A stretch of 64,000 nucleotides of DNA. Source: a candidate division WOR-3 bacterium. Lineage in GTDB: Bacteria > Hydrothermota > Hydrothermia > JBDRYB01. Both the position numbers and the translations under genes were made by a program. The notes under the pieces were generated by a model. That model saw only the letters and a program-made list of their open reading frames with translations. It had not been told where the DNA came from and ran no database searches. Location of the stretch: the NCBI GenBank assembly GCA_039803205.1, contig JBDRYB010000004.1, positions 1-64,000 of the forward strand. The letters run 5' to 3'. Positions 47,272 to 58,065 of the stretch are shown here, piece by piece (the stretch's first letter is position 1; each line of letters opens with the position of its first letter).

Positions 47272-49398
47272 CTATCCCTCCAGGGTAATTAGCGCATCAA
47301 CTATCTCAAGGTCGTCCTCGTATAGCATGGCCGGGTTCGCGTCTATCTCCCTTATCTCAGGGAAGTCCATTATGAGCTGGGAAAGCCTTGATATGGTCTC
47401 CGCGAGGTATTCCACATCCTTCGGCTTCTTGCCCCTGTAGCCCTTGATTATCTCGTATGATTTTATCTCCTTTATCATCTCAAGAGCCTCAGCGGGGCTT
47501 ATGGGCGCGGCGCGGAAGGTTATGTCCTTCAGAACCTCCACGAATATCCCTCCCAGACCAAACATGACCAGGGGACCAAACTGGGGATCTTTTGACGCGC
47601 CCATGATGACCTCGGTCGCGCCTGGTCTCGCCATCTTCTGGATGAGGACGCCGTGAATTCTGGCATCAGGCTTGTATGCTCTCGCGTTGTGCATTATCGC
47701 GTCAAAAGCGGCCCGGACGCCGTCCTCGGATGAGATGTTCAGGACGACGCCCTTTGCTTCTGTCTTGTGGAGTATGTCGGGGGAAAGTATTTTCAAAGCC
47801 AACGGGAAACCCATGGCCCTGGCCGCGCCCACGGCCTCGTGCTCGTTATTCACCATCACGCTCTTGACATAAGGGAGGCCGTAGCACTTGAAGACCATTC
47901 CGGCCTCGTATTCCGTCAAAGCGAGGCGGGATTCTGACCTCACTCGGTTGAGGATCTCCCTAACTCCATCGCGGTCAACTTCCCATGGTTCAAACTCGCC
48001 GTTTCTCTGTGCTCTTTCAAGGTATCTGCCCCATTCCCTGAGGGTCCCCATTGAGCTCATGGTGAACTCAGGGTCATCGTAGAACGGTATGCCGTGCTGG
48101 ATGAGCCATTCGCCAGCGGCCTCGCTCCTTTCACCGCCAACATATGCTACAACAACTGGCTTATCCGTTTTCGTCTCCTGTATGACCTCGTATATGCCCT
48201 GGGCTATGTCTAGGGGGTCTGTCTGCGCTGTCTCGCAGTATAGAACCACAACCCCATGGGTCCAAGGGTGAGTTAAGGCGTCCCGAAGAGCACCTGAGTA
48301 GTTCTCTCTGTCGCCCATCCCGGTTATATCAACTGGGTTCCTCGGAGAACCGAACTCCGGCATCCACTTTCGCATGGCATCCTGAAGGTCCTGCGGTGGT
48401 TCCTGCAAAGGAATCCCGTAATACTCGGCCGCATCTGTCCCGAGAACGCCTATCCCTCCTCCATTAGTGATAATAAGAAGGTTATCCCCTCTCATGGGGT
48501 TCAGGTTCGCCAGAGCCTCTGCCCTGTGAAATAGCCCTGGAACCGTGAACGCCTGAAGCACTCCAACTTGTCTGAAGAGGCTCTTGTAGACCTTTGGTGA
48601 ACCAGCGAGGGAGCCAGTGTGGCTCCTGGTTGCTACCTCTCCCCTCTTTGATACCCCTGCCTTAAGGGCAACTATGGGCTTGCTGCACCTCTTGGCCTTT
48701 TCCAAGAACTTCCTTCCATCCTTGAAACCCTCTATATACAAGCATATAACCTTCGTGTTCTCATCCTGATCCAGAGCCTCAACAAAGTCGGCAAAATCAA
48801 GCCCTGCCATGTTTCCGTGGGATATAACATGAGACATGCCTATCTTCTTCAGAACTGTCTGTCCTATTAGCCCAATGAGCAGGGCACCCGACTGAGATAC
48901 GAAGGCTATTTTCCCCGGATAAGGGAGGTGCGGCGAAAAAGAGGCGTTGCATTTTGCTGGGTTTGAGAGGGTTCCTATGATGTTCGGGCCAACGAGCCAC
49001 ATGTTGTATTTATCGCAGATCTCCCGAAGTTTCCTTTCCGCTTCTACATTTCCCACCTCAGCGAATCCCGAAGATATGACCGTGACGCCGCCCATCCCTT
49101 TCTTTCCGCACTGCTCAACCACATCTAGGACGAGCTTCTGTGGCACCGTTATCACGGCAAAGGACACCTCGCCCGGAACATCAAGGATTGAGGGATAGCA
49201 CTTAATGCCAAGTATCTCATCAGCATTGGGGTTTATCGGGTATATCTTTCCCTCAAAACCCCCTTCCTTTAGGCCCTTGACCACCATGTAGCCTATACTG
49301 CCTTCCTTTCTGGAGGCTCCTATTACCGCAACGGCTTTGGGGTTAAAAAGGGTGCTCAGATCGTATTTCTTGCTTTTGGTAAAGGTTTCCTTTTCCAT
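47272..49398 (-). CDS. Acetate--CoA ligase (ADP-forming), fused alpha/beta
   Basis: VAVIGAS, GPN, SQSGA, SHTGSLAG, NPVD, ATP-grasp HKTE, DPQFGP, DANP. Confidence 0.93.
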   Translation of the reverse strand: MEKETFTKSKKYDLSTLFNPKAVAVIGASRKEGSIGYMVVKGLKEGGFEGKIYPINPNADEILGIKCYPSILDVPGEVSFAVITVPQKLVLDVVEQCGKKGMGGVTVISSGFAEVGNVEAERKLREICDKYNMWLVGPNIIGTLSNPAKCNASFSPHLPYPGKIAFVSQSGALLIGLIGQTVLKKIGMSHVISHGNMAGLDFADFVEALDQDENTKVICLYIEGFKDGRKFLEKAKRCSKPIVALKAGVSKRGEVATRSHTGSLAGSPKVYKSLFRQVGVLQAFTVPGLFHRAEALANLNPMRGDNLLIITNGGGIGVLGTDAAEYYGIPLQEPPQDLQDAMRKWMPEFGSPRNPVDITGMGDRENYSGALRDALTHPWTHGVVVLYCETAQTDPLDIAQGIYEVIQETKTDKPVVVAYVGGERSEAAGEWLIQHGIPFYDDPEFTMSSMGTLREWGRYLERAQRNGEFEPWEVDRDGVREILNRVRSESRLALTEYEAGMVFKCYGLPYVKSVMVNNEHEAVGAARAMGFPLALKILSPDILHKTEAKGVVLNISSEDGVRAAFDAIMHNARAYKPDARIHGVLIQKMARPGATEVIMGASKDPQFGPLVMFGLGGIFVEVLKDITFRAAPISPAEALEMIKEIKSYEIIKGYRGKKPKDVEYLAETISRLSQLIMDFPEIREIDANPAMLYEDDLEIVDALITLEG

Positions 49399-49518
49399 AG
49401 GATATTATATTATAAACCCGGAAGTCGCTCTCGTGCAAGGAATTCCCATGCTGGTGATCCTTATGCGCTGCAATTGGCCTTGCGCAAGAGTTAGGCTAGG
49501 CCTTAAGATATGTGCATT

Positions 49519-50337
49519 ATGATTCCTGTGATGCTAAATTGGGTTTTGGTTTCGGAGGATACCCTGGCCACGGCTTTTGTCTCAGAAAACCTCGCTTTCA
49601 AGGCAGAGGTTCATCCGGGAGACACAGCCTACACCATAGAGGTTTCTTCGGCACAAGGGAGCTGGAGCATAGGTATCCAGTGGGGGCCGGAAACTGACAT
49701 CCAGCTTGCGGATGACGGTTCTCTGGTGCTCACCCAGGGCAAAAGGATGAGCGTGTATAGGGATGCCAAGCTGTCCTGGAGCACCGATATCGGCAACGCC
49801 CTTCCCCTTGTATTGGGAGAATATGTTCTTTTGCTCTCAAATCAAGGGATCGTGCTCTACTTTACATCGGGCCTTAAGCCGGTAGGGGAATATGAGCTCG
49901 TTCCACCGCTTGACATATCCGAATCAGCAGTTGCCGGAATATGGAACGGGAAGCTCAGGTTATACCGTGATAAAAAGAAGGAATGGGCGCTCCCATACGA
50001 GTATCCGAGGTTCACCGAGATATGCAAAAAGGGGGTAGCGGTCGCGTTTCCGAGAAACCTCGTGTTCTACGATTTCTCAGGGAACAAGCTCTGGGACAAG
50101 GAACTTCCCGTCTCAACATCCGCCCTGCACTGCGGCGGCGGCCTCATATGGATTGCTGGAACCAACCCTGATTCCAGGAAGGCGGAACTCTGGGCATTTT
50201 CTGATGATGGCTCTGAGCGTGCTCACTTCACATACGATAATCCAAAAGAGCCAGCCTTCGTATCCAGGATATTCTGCGACGGCGAAACCCTGAGGGTCTT
50301 CGTCTCAAGGGTCCTCTACACATACAAGACACAGTGA
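49519..50337 (+). CDS. Hypothetical exported beta-propeller-like protein
   Basis: YDFSGNKLW-type strands; promoter TTGCGC-18-TAAGAT upstream. Confidence 0.55.
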   Translation: MIPVMLNWVLVSEDTLATAFVSENLAFKAEVHPGDTAYTIEVSSAQGSWSIGIQWGPETDIQLADDGSLVLTQGKRMSVYRDAKLSWSTDIGNALPLVLGEYVLLLSNQGIVLYFTSGLKPVGEYELVPPLDISESAVAGIWNGKLRLYRDKKKEWALPYEYPRFTEICKKGVAVAFPRNLVFYDFSGNKLWDKELPVSTSALHCGGGLIWIAGTNPDSRKAELWAFSDDGSERAHFTYDNPKEPAFVSRIFCDGETLRVFVSRVLYTYKTQ

Positions 50338-50345
50338 GGCAAGGC

Positions 50346-51590
50346 ATGATCCCGGCCCTCGTTATCTCAATACCCTGGCCCCTCGTTCCACAGGACCAGG
50401 CCCATCCAGTAGGAAACTCGTGGGGGGAGTATCAGGAATACTCAGGGGACCCATCCGGAGCCTACCTGCACCCTGGGGTTGATGTGATGGGAGTCACATC
50501 GGGAAAGGAGGTTCGTGCGGTTGCTTCGGGATGGGTGAAGGCTTGGATGAGCCTTGGCGGCGACATCTACTGGCGGGTTGCCACATCTGACAACAACACA
50601 TCCGATTGGTCGGACGGATGGCTTTACGCTCACATAGACCCAAACAGGTATCATGTGAATGTTGGGGATCAAGTTTCAACGGGAACAACAATAGGCTACC
50701 TGGTCGTGTGGCCCGTTCCAGGCTTTGACCACTGCCACTTCGCCCGGATACGCCACCACGGGACAAACTGGAACGACGCTGGCTGGCGCTTTATAAGAAA
50801 CCCACTGGTTGATCTTGCCCCTAACACGGATACCGTCAAACCAATCTTTGAATCAACGGGGATGAGCGGCTCTTGCAATTTCGCATTTAGGCGAAACAAC
50901 TCAAGCATCTATCTTTCCCCGGATTCCCTTTACGGCAAGGTTGATGTAATAGCCAAGATCCATGACAAATTCGGGATCTCCTGGGGCTATCCAACATACG
51001 AGAGAATAGGTGTCTACAGGATAAGCTACGAGGTGAAGGGAGCGGTTCCTTTGACCTTATCCTTCCTCTTTAGGGACACCCTTAACTACAACAGTTATGG
51101 AATCGTCTACACCATCTACGAGTATGACAACCAGCTTCAGACCCAGGGAAACTATGAAGCAAGGGAATACTACTACATCGTCACCAACACAGATGGGGAT
51201 TCAACCGTTGAGACATCGGATAGCCTGGAGGCTTGGGATACAAGCGCTCTGCCCGATGGGGAATACTGGTTCGTGGTCCAGGCAGAAGACGAGCACGGCA
51301 ATGTGAAAAGGGATTCCTGCCTCGTTAAGACCAGAAACGGGAATCCAGGCGCTGATGAAGGAGGAACCCCATCAGCCTTCCAGATGGGGCCGAGGGTCTT
51401 CTTGAACGAGAGCTGGGTTAAGGTGCCCCTGGACTGGCCAGAACCCTTGCTCTACGATGTGTCCGGTAAGAAGGTGGAGGGGATTTACGGGAATGAGGCC
51501 GGCTCATACCGAATAGCGCCTGAGGCATCTGGGGTCTATTTCCTCGTGCTAAAAGGAAAGAGGCTCAAGATGCTCAAGCTCTCACAATAA
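50346..51590 (+). CDS. M23-like metallopeptidase with T9SS-type CTD
   Basis: HPGVD (HxxxD), YAHID, HCH (HxH); LYDVSGK...GVYFL CTD. Confidence 0.8.
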   Translation: MIPALVISIPWPLVPQDQAHPVGNSWGEYQEYSGDPSGAYLHPGVDVMGVTSGKEVRAVASGWVKAWMSLGGDIYWRVATSDNNTSDWSDGWLYAHIDPNRYHVNVGDQVSTGTTIGYLVVWPVPGFDHCHFARIRHHGTNWNDAGWRFIRNPLVDLAPNTDTVKPIFESTGMSGSCNFAFRRNNSSIYLSPDSLYGKVDVIAKIHDKFGISWGYPTYERIGVYRISYEVKGAVPLTLSFLFRDTLNYNSYGIVYTIYEYDNQLQTQGNYEAREYYYIVTNTDGDSTVETSDSLEAWDTSALPDGEYWFVVQAEDEHGNVKRDSCLVKTRNGNPGADEGGTPSAFQMGPRVFLNESWVKVPLDWPEPLLYDVSGKKVEGIYGNEAGSYRIAPEASGVYFLVLKGKRLKMLKLSQ

Positions 51591-51661
51591 CCCTCATTTG
51601 TGCTGATTGCTTGGGGGCTTGACAAAAGGGTATAATATTCTCATATGTAGGGAGGTGAAAT

Positions 51662-53545
51662 ATGTTGCTTTATCTCCTCATCGTAGCTGGAGCAGGTTCT
51701 CTCACCGAGGCGGGCTCGGCAATAAGGGGCTTCTTCTATGACCCGAGCCTTTTCTTGGTGAACGAAAATGCTACCAAAACGAGAACCGTGAAGGTTCCTA
51801 GCATGGCAACGCCTATAAGGTGGAGCGGATGCGACGGATATGAGGCTCAACCGCTTCAAACCATCTACTGCTATAACACAGCCGCTCCTTCGGATTGGGC
51901 TTTCTGGTGCGCGGAGACCTTCAAGAGCTCAGACGGCATAACCGTGGAGCTATACTACAACGACGATGGCTCAAACGACGGGTGGTGCGATGACAGCTAC
52001 CGCGCCGCTTCAAACTATACGGGCACGAACGCTTTGAACTATGTCCTGGCTAATCACAACATAGGATACCTAGGAATATTCACAGGAGGATCATCTGGCC
52101 CCCCAGAGGGCGCTTATTACATCTACGGATCAGGTTCCTACACCGAGTCATACGAGGCTGTTTTCGTTGATTGCTACTCAACCAGCCCATACATGAACAG
52201 CAGCAACATGCTCGGGGACGAGATTCTCCTCCTGTGCGATGCTGGATACCCTGGGGTTCCCTTTGATGTTGGTTCCCTAACAGCGGGCTCAGCTTATGTC
52301 TTCTACGCTTACTCTTATCCCGTCGGTGGCAGCTGCGACCCCTACATGGCGATCCATCGCGGGCAGAACGACGCGACATACAACTGGCAAGCAAGGGGCG
52401 AATGGGAAGGCTGGTATAACAACACCGGTGCTGGCTCAGGGGAATCCGTGGTGTTCACGCCGGCGGCCTCCGGCCGATACGCTATACAGATAGGCCAGTG
52501 GAACCAAGGGGGCGCTCCGGAGGATACATTCGGCGTCGGATTCTACCCATACTTCAGCAACATGACCAACGAGACCCCGATTGACATACCGGACGGCGGC
52601 TTGGGCAGGTTTGTCCAACCGGACACAGTGAAGCGCTGGGCTGTTGTTGGGACAAAACCAGGAGGCACGGACGATTACGATGTCTTCATCAAGGCCACGC
52701 ACGACATAAACGCGATTTGGGATCCAGCCCTTTTGGGTTATTCAAACCTTGCCGGAAACGATCTGACGGATTTCGTTCTCATAAACTATCATAACCGCTT
52801 CGGCAGTGCCATAACAGGCGTTGACTGGTTCACTCGCTTCAACAAGATGACATGCAACCGCGTTGCAAGCGGGGAATGGTGCAGGAGCCACGGGATCATC
52901 TCGGATACCTCAAGCGCTTCATACGGGCCATACAGCTACACCGCGAGGGAAGTCGCTTGGAGCTGGGACATAATCCCGGTCCAATGCCCCCCATCGGATA
53001 CCCATGGCCTCATCATATATGTGGACATAACCTCAGGATCAATTGACCTCGGAATAGCGATCGCGGACCCGGATAACGGAGATTTTCAGGGGCGCAGCGG
53101 AGGGAGCCTCACGATAGCCAATTCTTCCGGCGCCGGAGGGGATGAAATGCTCATCTGGCAACCAGATTTTATGGCAGACACCTATGGCCTCGCTGTTTTC
53201 TCAGAGAACATGAACTCCGGGACATTCCAGATAACCTACAGGTGTCCGAGGCCGCTTGATACATACGAGGCGCCAGGAGACCATCCCCAAGAGCTCAGCT
53301 TGAGGCTTAAAACCAGCCCAATTCAGGATATTCTCTCTTTCACCCTCGGCCTCCCAGGAGACACCAGGGTTGAGCTCGCCATATATGACGCGACCGGAAG
53401 GGTTGTCGTGTCAAAGGACCTGGGTCATTTCCAGCCCGGCTGGCACGAGATAAACGAGGACATCTCAACCCTGACGAAAGGAGTGTTCTTTGTCAGGGTC
53501 AGGACACAGATGGGTTGGCTCCAGAGAAAGGTGATCCTCAAATAA
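51662..53545 (+). CDS. Secreted multi-domain protein with T9SS-type CTD
   Basis: GGAGGT SD; beta-sandwich-like repeats; IYDATGR...GVFFVR...RK CTD. Confidence 0.75.
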   Translation: MLLYLLIVAGAGSLTEAGSAIRGFFYDPSLFLVNENATKTRTVKVPSMATPIRWSGCDGYEAQPLQTIYCYNTAAPSDWAFWCAETFKSSDGITVELYYNDDGSNDGWCDDSYRAASNYTGTNALNYVLANHNIGYLGIFTGGSSGPPEGAYYIYGSGSYTESYEAVFVDCYSTSPYMNSSNMLGDEILLLCDAGYPGVPFDVGSLTAGSAYVFYAYSYPVGGSCDPYMAIHRGQNDATYNWQARGEWEGWYNNTGAGSGESVVFTPAASGRYAIQIGQWNQGGAPEDTFGVGFYPYFSNMTNETPIDIPDGGLGRFVQPDTVKRWAVVGTKPGGTDDYDVFIKATHDINAIWDPALLGYSNLAGNDLTDFVLINYHNRFGSAITGVDWFTRFNKMTCNRVASGEWCRSHGIISDTSSASYGPYSYTAREVAWSWDIIPVQCPPSDTHGLIIYVDITSGSIDLGIAIADPDNGDFQGRSGGSLTIANSSGAGGDEMLIWQPDFMADTYGLAVFSENMNSGTFQITYRCPRPLDTYEAPGDHPQELSLRLKTSPIQDILSFTLGLPGDTRVELAIYDATGRVVVSKDLGHFQPGWHEINEDISTLTKGVFFVRVRTQMGWLQRKVILK

Positions 53546-53567
53546 CCCAAGTTTTTTCAATAATCGC

Positions 53568-53588
53568 GGCCCCTCTCGGGGCCTTTTT
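53568..53588 (+). terminator. Intrinsic terminator
   Basis: GGCCCC-TCTC-GGGGCC-TTTTT between convergent genes. Confidence 0.75.
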
Positions 53589-54705
53589 ATTTGCTTGCCT
53601 CCTCAACTATACGCCAGAACCTCTCTCTTACCTTATGAGCTGAAAAATCCTCAGCCCTTTGTCTCGCGGCCCGGCCCATCCTCTCAGAAAGAGGGTCATC
53701 CGCCAGCAGGGAGACGATCCTCTCGGCCAATCCGATGTGATCCCCAGGCTGAACGAAAAAACCCTCCCTGGCCTCGGAAATGATCTCGGGCCCTGCTCCA
53801 ACTGGGGTTATAATGCAGGCTAGACCAGCTGAGAGTGCTTCCGCTAGAGCGACCGAAAACCCCTCTGAATAGGAAGGGAGGACAAAGACCCTTGATGATG
53901 CAAAGATCCTGATCTTGTCCTCTCCTCGTAGGTCCCTGTAGAACTCAAGGTAGCCCTCAAGTCCATTCTGTTTTATCTCTTTCCAGAAGACCTCATTCGG
54001 ATCCTCTGGAACAAGCCTCTTGCCGCTTGTCGCGTCCCAAAATATGTTCGTCTCCCTTCTCTTTGGCCAACCAACAAATACGAACTTAGCGGAGGGAACC
54101 TCCCTGACTACAATTGGCACGGCCCTCAAAAGGGTGGTGTATCCCTTCGCATGGGAAAGGTGTCCGACAAACAGGACGCGCCTCGGCCTGGGATAAGGAG
54201 CCAGAGGAAAATCCGGAGCCGGGTTCGGTAAAACATATACCCTCCTGACTAAGCCGGCGAACATGGGCGCAAGGCGTTCGGCTTGAACTATTGCCCCTGA
54301 TGCGAGCCTCAGGCAAACTCTCACAACCAGGCGCGTGAAGGGGTCCGTATCTCTGAGGAAGAAACCGAAATGCCCTCCCCTGAAGTGAAGCAAGGGCCGC
54401 GATCCAAGGGCTCTGGAGAGGATTATTACGATGGAATCCCTAACCCAACCGAGCCGGGTAGCTGTTATGGAATAGTAGACTATTCTAGGGCGCCAGGATA
54501 AGAGCTGAAACAGGAGAACCAGGATGATCCTAATGAGGCTCACGATGCCAGCAACCCCAACTGTTCCTCTCGCCTCAGGGGAGCGCCTGTAGTTCGTGTT
54601 TATGACCCTGAGATCAAAAGGATGGTTGGCCTCAAGAAGGAGGGCGCTCGCGTTTTCGGGGCCGGTATATGGCGGCGGAAGGGGAACAACCGCGAGGAGC
54701 TTCAT
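53587..54705 (-). CDS. GT4 glycosyltransferase
   Basis: PLPPPYTG, FVGHL..KG, LPSYSEGF...EAL; TGATG-coupled start 54705. Confidence 0.9.
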   Translation of the reverse strand: MKLLAVVPLPPPYTGPENASALLLEANHPFDLRVINTNYRRSPEARGTVGVAGIVSLIRIILVLLFQLLSWRPRIVYYSITATRLGWVRDSIVIILSRALGSRPLLHFRGGHFGFFLRDTDPFTRLVVRVCLRLASGAIVQAERLAPMFAGLVRRVYVLPNPAPDFPLAPYPRPRRVLFVGHLSHAKGYTTLLRAVPIVVREVPSAKFVFVGWPKRRETNIFWDATSGKRLVPEDPNEVFWKEIKQNGLEGYLEFYRDLRGEDKIRIFASSRVFVLPSYSEGFSVALAEALSAGLACIITPVGAGPEIISEAREGFFVQPGDHIGLAERIVSLLADDPLSERMGRAARQRAEDFSAHKVRERFWRIVEEASK

Positions 54706-55478
54706 CAGAAGGAGAAGGAGAGCTTGAAATAAGGGCAGAACCGCTCGTGCACGAACCAAGATGGACCATAGGTATACGCGATATCCAGAAGGGTATCCGG
54801 AGGGAAAGACAACTTCTCAGAACCCACCCCAACTCCTCTGCGGGTATCCCACACGAGAACCCCCCAGCCTTCCGGTGGTATCTCAGGGTGGAACCTGGAC
54901 CAAAGAGGAACATAGATGAATCCGATCTCAAAATAGGACCCCTCGCCCACACGGTAAATTCCGAATGTATACGGATTATAGTTGCCGGGGATTATGCACC
55001 AAAGGAGCAGGGGGAGATCCTCTTGGCCACGGTATATATCAGAAATGCCCGTATATTCGTTCAAAAAAGGGTTATCAAGAATCATCCACTGGTATCTGAA
55101 GCCCCATTCGTTCATATTTCCTCTGAAGTGGGCATCGGAGATATACGCGCCCAGGCTTGCCCACGCGATGTCCATCAGGGAAACAGGGCATGTTCGCAGT
55201 ATGTAATGTTCACCGAGCTCACAGCCCGCAAAGGCAAAAATAGTAATCGGCAATGCCGCGTCGCCCAGCCAAGGGTGCATAAAGGATTCAAGCATATATC
55301 CCCCGGCAAAGTGCCCCTGATAGAAAGAACTGAAATACTGGCCGAACTCGCATTTCTCGTCCTGGAAGTGAAGTTTGGTAAACCAGAGGTCCACGCTTAT
55401 CGTCGTGAACCTGTCGCCCTCATAGTCGTAATAAATGTCCCTCTGCCAGAAGAGCCCGGAAGCCAGAGCCAAGATCAA
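54705..55478 (-). CDS. Hypothetical exported/outer-membrane protein
   Basis: Overlaps both neighbours; terminal Phe (FKLSFSF). Confidence 0.55.
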   Translation of the reverse strand: MILALASGLFWQRDIYYDYEGDRFTTISVDLWFTKLHFQDEKCEFGQYFSSFYQGHFAGGYMLESFMHPWLGDAALPITIFAFAGCELGEHYILRTCPVSLMDIAWASLGAYISDAHFRGNMNEWGFRYQWMILDNPFLNEYTGISDIYRGQEDLPLLLWCIIPGNYNPYTFGIYRVGEGSYFEIGFIYVPLWSRFHPEIPPEGWGVLVWDTRRGVGVGSEKLSFPPDTLLDIAYTYGPSWFVHERFCPYFKLSFSF

Positions 55479-56188
55479 ATCTTCACCTCCTCTATCTTTT
55501 CTTTACCGAATCCCACGAGACTCAGAAACTCACCCTCCAAGACTATGTATGTGAAAGCGCTTAGCCAATCCCCAGCGCAAGCCAGGACTTTATCGTTGAC
55601 CTTCCGGAGGAAAGGGGTGTGGAAGTGTCCTGCCACGAGGCACCGGATGTCCTCCGTCATTTCCTTGAGCATCCAAGCAGTGACCTCCGGCGGCAGCTCA
55701 AGCCTTCCTGACTTGACTCGCGAGAGCTTTGAGACCCATGAAGCCAGAGGGACTCCAAGAGCAGGGTGAATAAGCGAATACATCCAGGTCAAAAAGGGAT
55801 TTCCCAGAATTAGTCGTCCGAGGCTATTGCGCCTTCCTATCATGTCTCCATGGACAGCAATGAGCCTATTCCCCCCGAGGTCAAACATGACGCCCCCCTT
55901 TCTTACCTTTGGCCCGAAAGATTCAAGCAACCTCCCAGCCCATATGTCATGGTTACCTGGTATGTAAAATATCTCTGCCCTTTCAGAGAGCTCCTTGAAG
56001 GCACACAGAATTGGGAAATGCCCAGCCTGTATCATGTCCGGATATTCAAACCAGAAATCAAATATGTCCCCAAGGAGAACCAGGGTATCCCCCTCATCTA
56101 TCTCATCCAAAAACATGAGAAACCGAGAGAGACGCTCCGGATCCGGCTTGGGCTCAAAATGGCAATCCCCAGCAAAGAATATCCTCAT
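55475..56188 (-). CDS. lpxH: UDP-2,3-diacylglucosamine hydrolase (LpxH-like)
   Basis: GDCH, LGDIFDFWFEY, GNHD, HGD, GHFH, GDW. Confidence 0.85.
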   Translation of the reverse strand: MRIFFAGDCHFEPKPDPERLSRFLMFLDEIDEGDTLVLLGDIFDFWFEYPDMIQAGHFPILCAFKELSERAEIFYIPGNHDIWAGRLLESFGPKVRKGGVMFDLGGNRLIAVHGDMIGRRNSLGRLILGNPFLTWMYSLIHPALGVPLASWVSKLSRVKSGRLELPPEVTAWMLKEMTEDIRCLVAGHFHTPFLRKVNDKVLACAGDWLSAFTYIVLEGEFLSLVGFGKEKIEEVKI

Positions 56189-56571
56189 CTGCTTCCCGCT
56201 TTCATTACGCTCCTGGCCGCTAAAGCAGAATCAACAAGGCCAATCAGTATGAGAAGCCAGGCAAAGAGCTTGTTTCCGCCCAGAAACGAGGTGAGGAGGG
56301 CCGATGAATTGAAAAACAGAACTATGAGCGCTACGGTCAAGAGGACGAGGTTGAAATTGAGAGAGTCTTCCGGTATTGTGCCGTGGAGGCGCTTCTTGAG
56401 CCATTTGGCGAGGTATTCAGAGCCAAATGAGCCTATGAGGGCTATCAGAAAAGCAATCCAAATGAGGCCTTGACGCTCATGGATTGGACCGAGTTTCCAA
56501 ATTACAGCGGCCGCGGCCAGTGAAGGCACTAGCGAGACCAAAAGATAAACCAGAATATACTTTCTCCGCAT
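56185..56571 (-). CDS. Small 4-TM membrane protein
   Basis: ATGA overlap with lpxH; promoter TTGAAC-18-TATCCT-7-ATG. Confidence 0.65.
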   Translation of the reverse strand: MRRKYILVYLLVSLVPSLAAAAVIWKLGPIHERQGLIWIAFLIALIGSFGSEYLAKWLKKRLHGTIPEDSLNFNLVLLTVALIVLFFNSSALLTSFLGGNKLFAWLLILIGLVDSALAARSVMKAGSR

Positions 56572-56667
56572 GGGCTAAAGGATATTGCCATAGGCGGTTT
56601 TGGTTCAACTCGTGGCGCTTGCGGTTCATGTGCTAGTTGGATTATAATTTGTAAGCGGAGGTTCATT

Positions 56668-58020
56668 ATGATTGGTTTTATGATGGGAATTTTGCTCGCA
56701 GGGGGTTGGTGGAGGCAGTGGGATGGCGGGGGAGATGACTGGGGATACTCGGTTTGTGTGGACGGCGCAAACAACATCATAGTCGGCGGAGACAGCTACA
56801 ACCCTGGAACCGGAACGATTGACGGACACATCTGGAAATACGACTCCTCGGGCAATCTCCTCTGGGATACCCCCATACCAAACCCAGGCAACCAGCTCTT
56901 CAGGGGCATTGACACCGACACCGACAACAATATCTATGTGTGCATGACAGATTATCTGGCCAATAAGATGCTCGTCGTGAAATACACATCAACAGGAAGC
57001 TTCAGGTGGAGCTTCTCCTTTGGCCCAAACAGCAATGCTCTTTATGAGGTGCACGACATATGGGTTGACAGGGACAGGGTCTTCGCGGTTGGCTTTGAGA
57101 ATGACACCGTTGAGGACACGATCACCATGGTCCTCCACTACATTGATACAGGAGGAACCCTCATCAGAACAGTATACTGGAACGGACGCGGCATCTTCGG
57201 CGCTGATGCTTTTGGCCACTCGGTCTGCGTCAACTCCGCGGGCAATCCGGTTGCGGGCGGATGCAGGGTTGATTATCCCCTACCCAATTACAAGGCAATG
57301 CTTGTTGAGTTCTCCAGAACAACCGGCCAGGAGGTGAGGCGAGTTGAGTTCAATCCCACGAACTACTGGGAGTTCGTTGAGGACATAGATGTCCACCCCA
57401 GCGGAGACCTGGTCTTCGTCGTGAGGGTTGATTCAGACCCGAAAAGCTCTTATGTCTGCCGATACACCAGCACTTTCTCTCCCGTGTGGCAGAGAAGCAT
57501 ATCCTCAGGAGCAATAAGATATAGCCTCTACGGCGTTGATGTCGGGCCCGGGGACACGGTTCTGGTCTCAGGCCTACTCCAGGAGAACGGCCAGGACGCG
57601 GAGTTCTGGATCAGAAAATACAATTGGAGTGGAGATTCGGTCTGGGGAACAACAATAGACCACAGCCTAGGATACGACGATTGGTCAGAGGATTGCGCTT
57701 GGGATAAAACAGGCTATGTGATAGCCGCTGGCGGAACCGTGGCCGGGGGAACAAACAAGGATATGCTCGTCTACAAATTGCCCCTTCCGCCGGTTGGATC
57801 AGAGGAGTCTGGGAAGCCGTGCCAGGGCATCCAGGCCGTTCCAAATCCTTTCAGAACAGAAATAACCATATCGGGAGCAGAAGGCCCATATCATGTATAT
57901 GACGCGAGCGGAAGGCTCCTCTTCGCAACAACAGATAAGAGATTTGGGGGGTGGCTTGAGCCGGGGGTCTATTTCATAGGGACCAAGAAGGGGATGATCA
58001 GGGTAATAAAGATCAGGTGA
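56668..58020 (+). CDS. SBBP-like beta-propeller protein with T9SS-type CTD
   Basis: GGAGG SD; KYDSSGNLLW repeats; PNPF...YDASGR...PGVYF CTD. Confidence 0.82.
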   Translation: MIGFMMGILLAGGWWRQWDGGGDDWGYSVCVDGANNIIVGGDSYNPGTGTIDGHIWKYDSSGNLLWDTPIPNPGNQLFRGIDTDTDNNIYVCMTDYLANKMLVVKYTSTGSFRWSFSFGPNSNALYEVHDIWVDRDRVFAVGFENDTVEDTITMVLHYIDTGGTLIRTVYWNGRGIFGADAFGHSVCVNSAGNPVAGGCRVDYPLPNYKAMLVEFSRTTGQEVRRVEFNPTNYWEFVEDIDVHPSGDLVFVVRVDSDPKSSYVCRYTSTFSPVWQRSISSGAIRYSLYGVDVGPGDTVLVSGLLQENGQDAEFWIRKYNWSGDSVWGTTIDHSLGYDDWSEDCAWDKTGYVIAAGGTVAGGTNKDMLVYKLPLPPVGSEESGKPCQGIQAVPNPFRTEITISGAEGPYHVYDASGRLLFATTDKRFGGWLEPGVYFIGTKKGMIRVIKIR

Positions 58021-58065
58021 AGAAAGCAAAATCGGCCTCGGGCCACGCATTCGTAGGGGTGAGAG

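Noticed and set aside
51619..51636. TTGACA and TATAAT as a promoter pair
   Set aside because: Only 6 nt apart; TTGCTT(51607)-18-TATAAT fits the local pattern better.
54669..55769. 366-aa plus-strand ORF
   Set aside because: Antisense shadow of a translationally coupled minus-strand operon; no motifs.
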